Shown here piece by piece: positions 47,869 to 57,144 of a stretch of 64,000 nucleotides of DNA. The stretch lies in contig CABXDL010000004.1 of NCBI GenBank assembly GCA_902510995.1, positions 1,259 through 65,258 on the forward strand. The letters are read 5' to 3'. The notes beneath the pieces are model-generated. The model worked only from the letters and a program-made list of their open reading frames with translations. It was not told where the DNA came from and made no database searches. The stretch is from an uncultured Candidatus Actinomarina sp. (GTDB lineage Bacteria; Actinomycetota; Acidimicrobiia; Actinomarinales; Actinomarinaceae). A program made the position numbers and the translations under genes. Every line of letters starts with the position of its first letter. Within the stretch, counting starts at the first letter, position 1.

Positions 47869-48546
47869 GTGGCTAATTTAATAGTAACTCCAAGTTTGAT
47901 AAGCGACCTTTCATTATTAAATGAAGAATTGAAAATAAAATCTAATATAGAAAAAATCTCTTTTGAAGAATTTATATCGGAAAATAGCATCACTCTTTTT
48001 GAAAATGATAATTACAAATTTATTTATGATAAGTATGTTTCATATGCAGAATTAAATAAAATAAATTTCAATTTTAATGAGAACTATATTTTCCAAATTA
48101 AAAAACAGAATTTAAGCAAATTTTCAAATGAAAATAGTGAGATTAACGTTCATTATATTGAGCAAAAAAAAGAAAAAGAAATTTTCCCATGGGATTTTAC
48201 TAAAATATTATTTTCTTCAAAAATACAATTACAATCTGAAATAGTTGATCATTTTTGTATTGATGAAAATACATTTAAACAATTTCTTTTATATTTCCAT
48301 AAAGAACTAATTAGATTAAAACTCACATTCCTATATGACGATGAAGAAATTTCAAATGTACTAGTTGAAAAAATAGATTATAAGTATCAATTAGCTAGAG
48401 AGAGAAAGTCAAAATACAATATTGATGATATTGATAAATCTCTAGAAAATATATACAAAATAGAAAAACTTATTTTAAAAAGTGGGTTTAATTCTGAAAA
48501 TGCTAAAAGATTTATAGTTTCTTCAAAAAGCTTACTTCAATTTTGA
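47869..48546 (+). CDS. hypothetical protein occupying the holA (DNA pol III delta) position; identity unverified
   Basis: 225 aa with a GTG start directly abutting the leuS stop. I recognised no motif. The positional argument comes from the actinobacterial leuS...holA-rpsT/lepA synteny. Confidence 0.4.
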   Translation: MANLIVTPSLISDLSLLNEELKIKSNIEKISFEEFISENSITLFENDNYKFIYDKYVSYAELNKINFNFNENYIFQIKKQNLSKFSNENSEINVHYIEQKKEKEIFPWDFTKILFSSKIQLQSEIVDHFCIDENTFKQFLLYFHKELIRLKLTFLYDDEEISNVLVEKIDYKYQLARERKSKYNIDDIDKSLENIYKIEKLILKSGFNSENAKRFIVSSKSLLQF

Positions 48547-48771
48547 AATTTTTGACTTATTTCTGTCTCTAAAACTTTTAGATATAACTCCATCAGAATA
48601 AGCTTTATCTAGGTTTCGTATAACTTCTGATTTATTCTCTAGAACTAAATTATTTTCATCATCATAAATAGAATTTAGTGATGTTTTAAGAGAAGTTTTA
48701 GCAGCCTTATTTCTTAAATTTCTTTTATTATTTTGCCTTATTCTCTTTTTTTGTGATTCATTATTTGCCAT
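48532..48771 (-). CDS. rpsT: 30S ribosomal protein S20
   Basis: MANNESQKKRIRQN.KRNLRNKA.K: a basic 79-aa protein divergent from lepA. Confidence 0.92.
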   Translation of the reverse strand: MANNESQKKRIRQNNKRNLRNKAAKTSLKTSLNSIYDDENNLVLENKSEVIRNLDKAYSDGVISKSFRDRNKSKISKLK

Positions 48772-48810
48772 CTAAAACCTCTTAGTATATAAGATAATAA
48801 CTTATTAAAT

Positions 48811-50589
48811 ATGTTAACTAATAAAAATATAAGAAATATCTCGATAATTGCACATGTTGATCATGGAAAATCTACCTTAGCAGATAGGTTGATTGAATAT
48901 TCTGGTTTAATCAAACCTGGAGACCATGTAGATCAAATTCTTGACACTATGGAACTGGAGAGAGAAAGAGGCATAACTATTAAATCACAACCTATCAGGT
49001 TGAAATTTCAAGATACAATAATTAATTTAATAGATACACCCGGACATGTTGACTTCTCATACGAAGTATCGAGAGCTTTAATAGCATGTGATGGGGCAAT
49101 ATTACTTGTAGATGGTACTCAAGGTGTCCAGGCTCAAACTTTTGCACATTCTTATGCAGCTATTGAAGCAGGTCTAGATATAATACCTGTCATAAATAAA
49201 ATAGATTCTGTTGATGTTGAAGTTGAGAATGTTTCAAAACAGATATATAACTTGATAGGATCTGAAGATGAAGAAATATTTAAAATATCATCAAAAGAAG
49301 GCACAGGCATTGAAGAACTGATTCAACAATTGCCAACTCTTATAAGCTCACCTAAGAAAGAAACAGAAAAAACGAATGCTTTAATATTTGATTCTTATTT
49401 TGATTCCTATAGAGGAGTAGTTGCTTCTGTAAGGATGTTTGGCGGAGAAATCAAGACAAATTCACGGTTAAAGTTAGTAAATTCAGATTATGAATTTGAA
49501 GCATCAGAAATAGGATATTTTGATTTAAACTTAGCTGAATCTAAACAGTTATCATTTGGAGAAGTAGGCTACGTTGTTACCGGGGCTAAAGATTTATCAC
49601 AAATTAGAGTAGGAGATACTTTAGTTGATGCAAATGACAATAAACCTATAATTTTATCTGGATATAAGGAACCTCAGCCTACTGTGTTTTCTAGTGTGTA
49701 TCCTTCAGACTCTGATGATTATACGAAGTTAAGAGACTCATTAGATAAGTATGTTTTAAATGATGCTAGTTTCATATATGAACCTGAAACATCATCTGCA
49801 TTTGGTTTTGGTTTTAGATGTGGATTTCTTGGATTGCTTCATTTAGAAATTGTGATTGAAAGACTCGAAAGAGAATTTGGATTATCACTAATTGTGACGC
49901 CCCCTTCTGTGGAGTTTAAAATAGTAAGAAATAATAATGAAGAGATAATTATAAGGAATCCTTCAAAAATAGATGAATTTACAGATATAAAAAAAATAGA
50001 AGAAAGAATTTGTGAATTAGACCTATTATTTCCTAAACAATATTTAGGTTCCATAATGAAGTTATTAAACGATAAAAGAGGAGTCCAATTAGACCTAGTA
50101 TATTTAAGCACTTCAATGGTAAAAGCAAAATACACGATTCCATTGTTAGAGCTCGTTTCAGGGTTTTATGATTCACTTAAATCAATATCTCAAGGTTTTG
50201 CTTCGCTAGATTATAAAATTTTAGATTTTGAGGTAGGAAAGTTAGTGAAACTAGATATTTTAGTTAATGGTTTAGCAATTGATTCTTTTAGTTCTATATT
50301 ATCTAAAGAGAATTCAGAATTTATTGGAAGAAGTAGGGTAAAAAAACTATCTAAATTAATACCAAGACAACAGTTTGATATTCCGATTCAAGCAGCAATA
50401 GGATCAAGAATCATTGCCAGGGAAACAATTAAAGCTTTAAGAAAAGATGTTACAGCGAAGCTTTATGGAGGAGACGTTACCAGAAAAAGAAAATTATTAG
50501 AAAAACAAAAAGAAGGTAAAAAGAAGATGAGAAATATAGGTAAAGTTGAAGTTCCTAAAGAAGCCTTTAGAGAATTCTTGAAGGAATAA
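48811..50589 (+). CDS. lepA: elongation factor 4 (LepA)
   Basis: IRNISIIAHVDHGKSTLADR, DTPGHVDF, NKID, and the C-terminal LepA_C-like KLYGGDVTRKRKLLEKQKEGKK. Confidence 0.95.
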   Translation: MLTNKNIRNISIIAHVDHGKSTLADRLIEYSGLIKPGDHVDQILDTMELERERGITIKSQPIRLKFQDTIINLIDTPGHVDFSYEVSRALIACDGAILLVDGTQGVQAQTFAHSYAAIEAGLDIIPVINKIDSVDVEVENVSKQIYNLIGSEDEEIFKISSKEGTGIEELIQQLPTLISSPKKETEKTNALIFDSYFDSYRGVVASVRMFGGEIKTNSRLKLVNSDYEFEASEIGYFDLNLAESKQLSFGEVGYVVTGAKDLSQIRVGDTLVDANDNKPIILSGYKEPQPTVFSSVYPSDSDDYTKLRDSLDKYVLNDASFIYEPETSSAFGFGFRCGFLGLLHLEIVIERLEREFGLSLIVTPPSVEFKIVRNNNEEIIIRNPSKIDEFTDIKKIEERICELDLLFPKQYLGSIMKLLNDKRGVQLDLVYLSTSMVKAKYTIPLLELVSGFYDSLKSISQGFASLDYKILDFEVGKLVKLDILVNGLAIDSFSSILSKENSEFIGRSRVKKLSKLIPRQQFDIPIQAAIGSRIIARETIKALRKDVTAKLYGGDVTRKRKLLEKQKEGKKKMRNIGKVEVPKEAFREFLKE

Positions 50590-51221
50590 TGCACATTCCA
50601 ACAATATACAATAAGGATATTGGGGAGAGTGATGAATCTCTAAACTTAAATGATGATAAGTTGCATCATTTAAATAAAGTTTTAAGGATCAAAAATAATT
50701 CACCAATAAAAGTAACTAACGGAAAAGGACTCATGTATTTTGGTAAATTTGAAGATAATAAAGTTAAGATAACTTCAAAAAAAGAATATCAAAGAGGAAA
50801 AAGTATAAATATTTTTATTCCTCCTATCCAGGATAAAAATAGATTTAGATTTATGATCGAGAAACTAGGTGAGTTGAATGTTGATTCAATAACAATTGCA
50901 CCTACTGATTACTCGCAGAAAGTTAATATAAATAGTGAGAAAATATTTACTTGGCTAGTTTCTTCTATTGAGCAATCTGGAACCCCATTTATTCCTGATT
51001 TAGAACTTTGTGGTGAAATTGATTTTGCTAAGTTCAACCACGCATTAGACATAAGAGGAAAAAATTTAAATGATAATCTGAGCTTTACAAATATAGCTAT
51101 TGGGCCTGAGGGTGGTTGGTCTGAAGATGAATTAGATAAATTTAGTTATACTTCTAATATTAATGAATTTACATTTAGAACTGAAACTGCAGCAATTGTT
51201 GCAGTATCCTTAATGATATAA
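50589..51221 (+). CDS. rsmE: 16S rRNA (uracil1498-N3)-methyltransferase RsmE (short)
   Basis: IGPEGGWSEDEL and RTETAA motifs. 1-nt overlap with the lepA stop. Confidence 0.8.
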   Translation: MHIPTIYNKDIGESDESLNLNDDKLHHLNKVLRIKNNSPIKVTNGKGLMYFGKFEDNKVKITSKKEYQRGKSINIFIPPIQDKNRFRFMIEKLGELNVDSITIAPTDYSQKVNINSEKIFTWLVSSIEQSGTPFIPDLELCGEIDFAKFNHALDIRGKNLNDNLSFTNIAIGPEGGWSEDELDKFSYTSNINEFTFRTETAAIVAVSLMI

Positions 51222-51230
51222 AATAAAAAT

Positions 51231-51572
51231 ATGGAAGAAAAATCAATATTTCAAATGATTCTAGATAAAGAAATAGAATCTGAAATAATTTATGAAGATG
51301 ACAAAATATTTTGTATAAAAGATATAAATCCTGCAGCAAAAATACATTTATTAATTATTCCAAAAAAGAGGATAGAAACTATAAATGACCTACAGGAAGA
51401 GGATAAAGATTTGATAGGTAGCATGGTTTTAGTTGCAAAAGAATTAGCAAAAAAATATGAAATAGATGAAAGTGGCTATAGGTTGGTTTGGAATACTAAT
51501 GAAGATGGCGGACAAACGGTCTATCATATACACCTGCACCTATTAGGTGGCCAAAAGTTAAGAGAATTCTAA
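51231..51572 (+). CDS. HIT-family (histidine triad) protein
   Basis: CIFQMI-like N-terminus, HLLIIPK and HIHLHLLGG. Confidence 0.9.
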   Translation: MEEKSIFQMILDKEIESEIIYEDDKIFCIKDINPAAKIHLLIIPKKRIETINDLQEEDKDLIGSMVLVAKELAKKYEIDESGYRLVWNTNEDGGQTVYHIHLHLLGGQKLREF

Positions 51573-52501
51573 TGGGAGTTGAAAAAGTGATACCTTCAGA
51601 ATTAGAGTTAGTTAATATTTTTGGAGTTAATGACAACAATCTAAAATATATTAAATCAATGTTTCCGCTCTTAAAGATAAATGTAAGAGGCAATATTATT
51701 TATATAGATGGAGATAAAAAAGAAGTAAATGAAGTTCTTAGAATATTAGATGAGATGGTATCAATGAGCACAAATAAAGAAGTTATTGATCCTGCAGATG
51801 TCGAATTATTGTCGAAGATAAATTCGGGAATAAAGAGGAATGGTAATAAAATCAGCTCTGTAGAGATTATTGAAAATAAATCAATAAAAGTAAAAAATAT
51901 TAACCAGTTCAAATACATGGAAACAATTTCTAATTCAACAATTACTTTTGGAATTGGCCCTGCAGGAACAGGCAAAACATTTTTAGCTGTAGCAAGCGCC
52001 GTAAAACTTTACGCCGAAAATAAGATAAGAAAAATAGTATTAACTAGACCAGCTGTAGAAGCAGGTGAGAGGTTGGGTTACTTACCAGGAGATCTTTCAC
52101 AAAAAATTGACCCCTATTTAGTACCTTTGTTTGATGCATTGGAACATTTCTTTGGAAATGAAAAATTAGGATACCTAATAGAGAAAAGAAATATCGAGAT
52201 TGTACCATTAGCTTACATGAGAGGTAGGACTTTAAATGATGCTTGTATTATTTTGGATGAAGCTCAAAATGCAACAACTAATCAAATCAAAATGTTTTTA
52301 ACAAGACTGGGAGAAAACTCAAAAGTAATAATTACTGGGGATGAAACACAGATAGATCTTTACAAGAAAGATTATTCAGGATTAAGAAAGACAAGAAAAA
52401 AGCTAGCTAATATTGATGAAATTTCAGTCATGGAATTTGAAAATAGTGATATTGTTAGAAACCCAATTGTATCAAAGATATTAGATGTATTTCCAGAATA
52501 A
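51572..52501 (+). CDS. phoH: PhoH-like ATPase
   Basis: GPAGTGKTFLAVA, RPAVEAGE.LG.LPGD, AYMRGRT and ILDEAQN. Confidence 0.92.
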   Translation: MGVEKVIPSELELVNIFGVNDNNLKYIKSMFPLLKINVRGNIIYIDGDKKEVNEVLRILDEMVSMSTNKEVIDPADVELLSKINSGIKRNGNKISSVEIIENKSIKVKNINQFKYMETISNSTITFGIGPAGTGKTFLAVASAVKLYAENKIRKIVLTRPAVEAGERLGYLPGDLSQKIDPYLVPLFDALEHFFGNEKLGYLIEKRNIEIVPLAYMRGRTLNDACIILDEAQNATTNQIKMFLTRLGENSKVIITGDETQIDLYKKDYSGLRKTRKKLANIDEISVMEFENSDIVRNPIVSKILDVFPE

Positions 52502-54690
52502 TGATTAAAGAATATATCTTTCATTTCAAAAAATTATTATACGTTGTTTTGTTTGGGTCTTTAGTTTGGTTTATTTCATTTACATTGTTTCCTGAAAACC
52601 AAATAATCAAAATTAGCATTGGAGATAGATCACCAACTACTTTTGTAGCTCCAAAATATATAGAGATTATTGATGAGGAAAAGACAGAAACAAATAAAGA
52701 AATAGCAATACAATCAGTTAGCCCAATTTATTCTATAGATAATGATTTAAACAATTCAGCTATAAACGGCATTACAGATATGTTTTTAACTGTTATTGAG
52801 GCAAGAACAGATGAAAAATTAATAGTAGGAGAGGATGAAATTGTTGAAGAAGAGTCTGAGCCTGAAGTAGAAGTTGTTAATAATTCAAAAATTAAACAAA
52901 TAGCAAATATAACTGAATCGATACTTTTCTCAACAATTTCTACTTCAACAGTTGAAGTTTTGGTAGAAATTTCAAATTATGATGCAAATAATAAAACAAG
53001 TTATCTTTCACAACTTGAATCAGAAACAAAGAAACAAGCAAATGAAATATTGTCTGATGGAATAAATAATGAAAGTTTGAATCAGTTGAGACAAACTTTA
53101 GTTTCTAGTCCACCTTATTTAGATCTCCCAAGCGAATTATATGTATTAATACCTGAAAATAGAGTTAGATCTACAGTAGCTGAATTGATTGCTGAAAATC
53201 TACTAGCTAATGAAAGATTAGAAGAAGAGTTATGGGAAGAGCAAAAATCAAAAATTGCACAATCAATTGATCCTGTAATAATTAAATATTTTGAAGGAGA
53301 TTTAGTTATAAGTGAAGGGGAAAGAATTAGTTCTGTTCAATATAAAGCATTGGATAGGTTTGGTTATTTATCTGGAGAATCTAGAACTATTCAAACAGCT
53401 GCAATTCCAATTATATTTTCTATTTTCATTTTAATTTACTTCTTATTTTGGAGATTTAAAGATTCTATTTGGTTTAATGATAAAGAATTTTTACTATTAC
53501 TAACTTTGATTCTCATTGCGTCTTTATTTTTAAGAGGCACTTCTTATTTTTCACAAAGCTTTGAAATCGATTATTTAAAATATGCTGTCCCAATATCATT
53601 TGTAGGTGTTATTTCTGCAACATTATTAAACCTTAGGGCGACCTTAGTACTCTCATTATCAAGTGCACTCCTAGCTCTTGCAGGAGGTGGGAACATAGGA
53701 CTTGTAGCCTTAGGAGGAGTACTAACAGTTTTGCCGTCAGTATTTATTTCCGAGAACGTTGACCGTAGATTGCTAAGAGGAAAAATTATTTATATTTCCT
53801 TAACACAACCTCTTGTAGCATTTGGGGTCTATTTCTTTTTAAGAGAAGATTTTAGCTTAATTGAAATTTTGGTATCTGGATTACTTGGTGGTCTTTTTGC
53901 CAATCTTGCTGCGTTTTCAATAATCAATTATATTGAATCTATTTTTGGTCTGACAACTAATTTTAGATTATCTGAGTTAGCTGACCGTAATCACCCTGGT
54001 CTTAGGTATTTAGAGGAAAATGCTTTAGGAACCTTTAACCATTCATTAGTAGTAGGCACTTTAGCAGATAGAGCAGCTCATAAAATTGGAGCTAATTCTC
54101 AGCTTGCTAGAGCAATGGCTTATTTTCATGATTTAGGAAAAACAGAAAACCCTACTATGTATATAGAGAATCAATTCGGATCTAGGAACCCACATGAAAA
54201 CCTAACACCGAAAGAGTCAACTGAAGTTATTAGATCACATGTAACTGATGGAATAAAATTAGCAAAGAAATTTAAAATACCAGAAATTGTTTATAGGGGA
54301 ATTCTTGAACATCACGGAGATGGCGTTATGAGATATTTTTATGAAATGGAAAAAAATGTTGATCCTCATGTAGAGAGAGATGAATTTAGACATTTAGGCA
54401 ATAAACCGACTACAAAAGAAACAGCAATTCTTATGTTTGCAGATTCTCTAGAAGGAGCTTGTAGGGCTAGATTCCTTAATGAAGATGCTGATGAAGCAAA
54501 AATAAAAGAAGTAGTAGATGAAATATTTAATGAAAAAATTTCTGACCACCAACTTGATGAATCTCCAATAACTTTTGCAGATTTAAGTTTAATTAAAGAA
54601 TCTTTTCAAAAAAGTCTTGAGGGTCTTTACCATCAAAGAGTTATGTACCCAGACATAACAGAGGACGTAGAAGATTTAGAAGAAGAATAA
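52501..54690 (+). CDS. pgpH: 7TM-HD membrane phosphohydrolase (PgpH/YqfF-type, likely cyclic-di-AMP phosphodiesterase)
   Basis: 729 aa. N-terminal extracellular region, seven TM helices, and an HD domain with HSL.VG, FHDLGK and HHG. Confidence 0.85.
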   Translation: MIKEYIFHFKKLLYVVLFGSLVWFISFTLFPENQIIKISIGDRSPTTFVAPKYIEIIDEEKTETNKEIAIQSVSPIYSIDNDLNNSAINGITDMFLTVIEARTDEKLIVGEDEIVEEESEPEVEVVNNSKIKQIANITESILFSTISTSTVEVLVEISNYDANNKTSYLSQLESETKKQANEILSDGINNESLNQLRQTLVSSPPYLDLPSELYVLIPENRVRSTVAELIAENLLANERLEEELWEEQKSKIAQSIDPVIIKYFEGDLVISEGERISSVQYKALDRFGYLSGESRTIQTAAIPIIFSIFILIYFLFWRFKDSIWFNDKEFLLLLTLILIASLFLRGTSYFSQSFEIDYLKYAVPISFVGVISATLLNLRATLVLSLSSALLALAGGGNIGLVALGGVLTVLPSVFISENVDRRLLRGKIIYISLTQPLVAFGVYFFLREDFSLIEILVSGLLGGLFANLAAFSIINYIESIFGLTTNFRLSELADRNHPGLRYLEENALGTFNHSLVVGTLADRAAHKIGANSQLARAMAYFHDLGKTENPTMYIENQFGSRNPHENLTPKESTEVIRSHVTDGIKLAKKFKIPEIVYRGILEHHGDGVMRYFYEMEKNVDPHVERDEFRHLGNKPTTKETAILMFADSLEGACRARFLNEDADEAKIKEVVDEIFNEKISDHQLDESPITFADLSLIKESFQKSLEGLYHQRVMYPDITEDVEDLEEE

Positions 54691-54691
54691 T

Positions 54692-55135
54692 TTGAAAATA
54701 TATTTTAATGGTTATTTCTTCAGTTATGAAAAAGAAAAATTAGTTCAAGCATCCTTGGTATTTTCTGAATGGTTTAAAATTTCAAATAATTTTTATTTCA
54801 CTATACATTCTGTTAACGAGCAGAAATCAAAATCATTAAATAATAAAAATTTTCAAAAAAATAATCCAACAGATGTATTATCTTTTCCATTATATAAAAA
54901 TCTAAGCAGAATTTTAGACTTAAATAGAGACCATGAGGAAGACTTAGGGGATATGTTCATAAATAGAAAAATTGTCAAAAAGCACGCTCAAATTTATGAA
55001 AAATCTTTTGTTGACGAACTTCAGTTTATAATTATTCATGGGCTTTTGCATCTTGTTGGTTATTCACATGAGGATGAAAAAGAATTAAGAAAGACTGAAG
55101 ATAAATTAATGGAAGTGATTTGGAATGGATCTTAA
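54692..55135 (+). CDS. ybeY: endoribonuclease YbeY
   Basis: HGLLHLVGYSHED (H3xH5xH). TTG start. Confidence 0.88.
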   Translation: MKIYFNGYFFSYEKEKLVQASLVFSEWFKISNNFYFTIHSVNEQKSKSLNNKNFQKNNPTDVLSFPLYKNLSRILDLNRDHEEDLGDMFINRKIVKKHAQIYEKSFVDELQFIIIHGLLHLVGYSHEDEKELRKTEDKLMEVIWNGS

Positions 55136-55856
55136 AGAAATAGGCATAGAACATGTTGCAATCATTATGGATGGCAACGGCAGATGGGCTACTGAAAAAG
55201 AACTGGACAGAACAGCTGGTCATGCTGCAGGAGAGCATGCACTTTCAAAGGCGATTAATTGGGCTATAGAAAATAATTTAAAATGGCTAACAGTTTACGC
55301 ATTTTCTACAGAGAATTGGACAAGGTCTTCTGAAGAAGTAGATTTTTTGATGTTCTTTAATAGAGATATATTGATAAGACGAAGAGAAGAATTCCATGAA
55401 AAAGGTGTTAAGTTTAATTTTATTGGAGACTTGAAAGATAGAAGGATCCCTGAAGAGAACAAAAAGTTAATGAAGGAAACAGAATATATTACAAAAGACA
55501 ATGAGAAACTAAATCTTGTATTCGCTTTTAACTACGGTTCTCATAAAGAGATACATAATGCTGTTCATAAAATAGCTTTTGGTCACTACTTTTATCTAAA
55601 ATTAAGCGCTTGGCTCTTTACCAAGGAACATATTGAAGAAAATTTCAAAAATTATATGTATTTACCTAAAATGCCGAATCCTGATTTGCTAATTAGAACA
55701 GCAGGCGAGAAAAGGTTAAGTAACTTTCTACTATATCAACTTAGCTACACTGAGCTTATGTTTATAGATACACTTTGGCCAGATTTTGATGAAAATGATT
55801 TTTATAATGTTGTAGAAGAATACAAACAAAGAGTAAGAAAATATGGAAACGCCTGA
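55125..55856 (+). CDS. uppS: undecaprenyl (isoprenyl) diphosphate synthase
   Basis: HVAIIMDGNGRWA, YAFSTENW.R, DLLIRTAGEKRLSNFLLYQ and WPDF. Confidence 0.93.
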   Translation: MDLKEIGIEHVAIIMDGNGRWATEKELDRTAGHAAGEHALSKAINWAIENNLKWLTVYAFSTENWTRSSEEVDFLMFFNRDILIRRREEFHEKGVKFNFIGDLKDRRIPEENKKLMKETEYITKDNEKLNLVFAFNYGSHKEIHNAVHKIAFGHYFYLKLSAWLFTKEHIEENFKNYMYLPKMPNPDLLIRTAGEKRLSNFLLYQLSYTELMFIDTLWPDFDENDFYNVVEEYKQRVRKYGNA

Positions 55857-57144
55857 TAAAGAATTATTTGATAAAGTAGTAAAAATTTCACAATCACGTG
55901 GATTTGTATTCAATGCATCATCTATTTACGGTGGTTTAAGAAGTTCTTATGATTATGGTCCTTTAGGGGCACTACTAAAACAAAATATTTCAAATCTTTG
56001 GTGGAAAAGTATCAAAAACGCTGATACTAATATTTACCCAGTAGACACTGCAATTATACAAAGTAGTGATGTTTGGAAATCCTCAGGCCATTTAGAAGAA
56101 TTTACAGATCCTATGGTTGAATGTAAAAAATGTAATAAAAGATTTAGAAGTGATAGCGAAGAAATTACTGAGTGTTGTGACAATCAAGAATTAACCGAAC
56201 CTAAGCAGTTTAATTTAATGTTTGAGACATATAGTGGACCAGTAAAAAATGAAAATTCACAAGTATTCTTAAGACCAGAGACAGCTCAGGGAATTTTTAT
56301 TAACTTTGAGAATGTTCTTAGAACAATGAGAGCCAAAATTCCTTTTGGTATTGCAAATATTGGAAAATCATTTAGAAATGAAATTACTCCTGGGCAATTT
56401 ATTTTCCGAACAAGAGAATTTGAACAAATGGAGATTGAATTTTTCTGTAAAGAATCAGAAGAAGATCAATGGATGGACTATTGGATTAAGAAAAGAATGG
56501 AATGGTATCAGTCGCTTGGGATTAAAGAGGATCATTTACAACTTAGAGAGCATGAAGAAAATGAGCTAGCACATTATGCAAAAAAGACAGTAGACATTGA
56601 ATACTTATATCCTTGGGGCTGGGGAGAGCTTGAAGGTATTGCTAACAGAGGAAGCTATGATTTATTATCTCATCAGGAAAATAGCGGAAAAGATTTAACA
56701 TATTTTGACTCTGTGAATGACGAAAAGTATATCCCAAGTGCTATTGAACCAGCAGGAGGTTTAACTAGAACCTTATTTGCTTTATTGCTTTCTGTTTATG
56801 ATGAAGAGAAACTTGAAAATGATGAAACGAGAACACTATTTAGGTTTATATTTGAATTAGCCCCTATACAGATTGGAATTCTTCCTTTAAGTAAAAAAGA
56901 TGATTTAATTGAAATTTGCAATGATATTAATAAAATTCTTAGTGAGGATTACCGAACTGAAGTTGATATCACACAATCTATTGGTAAAAGATACAGAAGA
57001 CAAGATGAGATTGGCACACCGTATTGCATAACAGTAGACTTTGAATCGCTAGAAGACAATTCGGTAACAATAAGAGATAGAGATACGATGAAACAAGAAA
57101 GAATAAGCATAGATAAATTAAGTGAGTATTTCGAGAAGCTTTAA
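55843..57144 (+). CDS. glyQS: glycine--tRNA ligase (homodimeric GlyQS type)
   Basis: YGG..S.YDYGPLG, LRPETAQGIF, FRNEI.P..FIFRTREFEQME.EFF and a C-terminal anticodon-binding domain. Confidence 0.93.
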   Translation: METPDKELFDKVVKISQSRGFVFNASSIYGGLRSSYDYGPLGALLKQNISNLWWKSIKNADTNIYPVDTAIIQSSDVWKSSGHLEEFTDPMVECKKCNKRFRSDSEEITECCDNQELTEPKQFNLMFETYSGPVKNENSQVFLRPETAQGIFINFENVLRTMRAKIPFGIANIGKSFRNEITPGQFIFRTREFEQMEIEFFCKESEEDQWMDYWIKKRMEWYQSLGIKEDHLQLREHEENELAHYAKKTVDIEYLYPWGWGELEGIANRGSYDLLSHQENSGKDLTYFDSVNDEKYIPSAIEPAGGLTRTLFALLLSVYDEEKLENDETRTLFRFIFELAPIQIGILPLSKKDDLIEICNDINKILSEDYRTEVDITQSIGKRYRRQDEIGTPYCITVDFESLEDNSVTIRDRDTMKQERISIDKLSEYFEKL

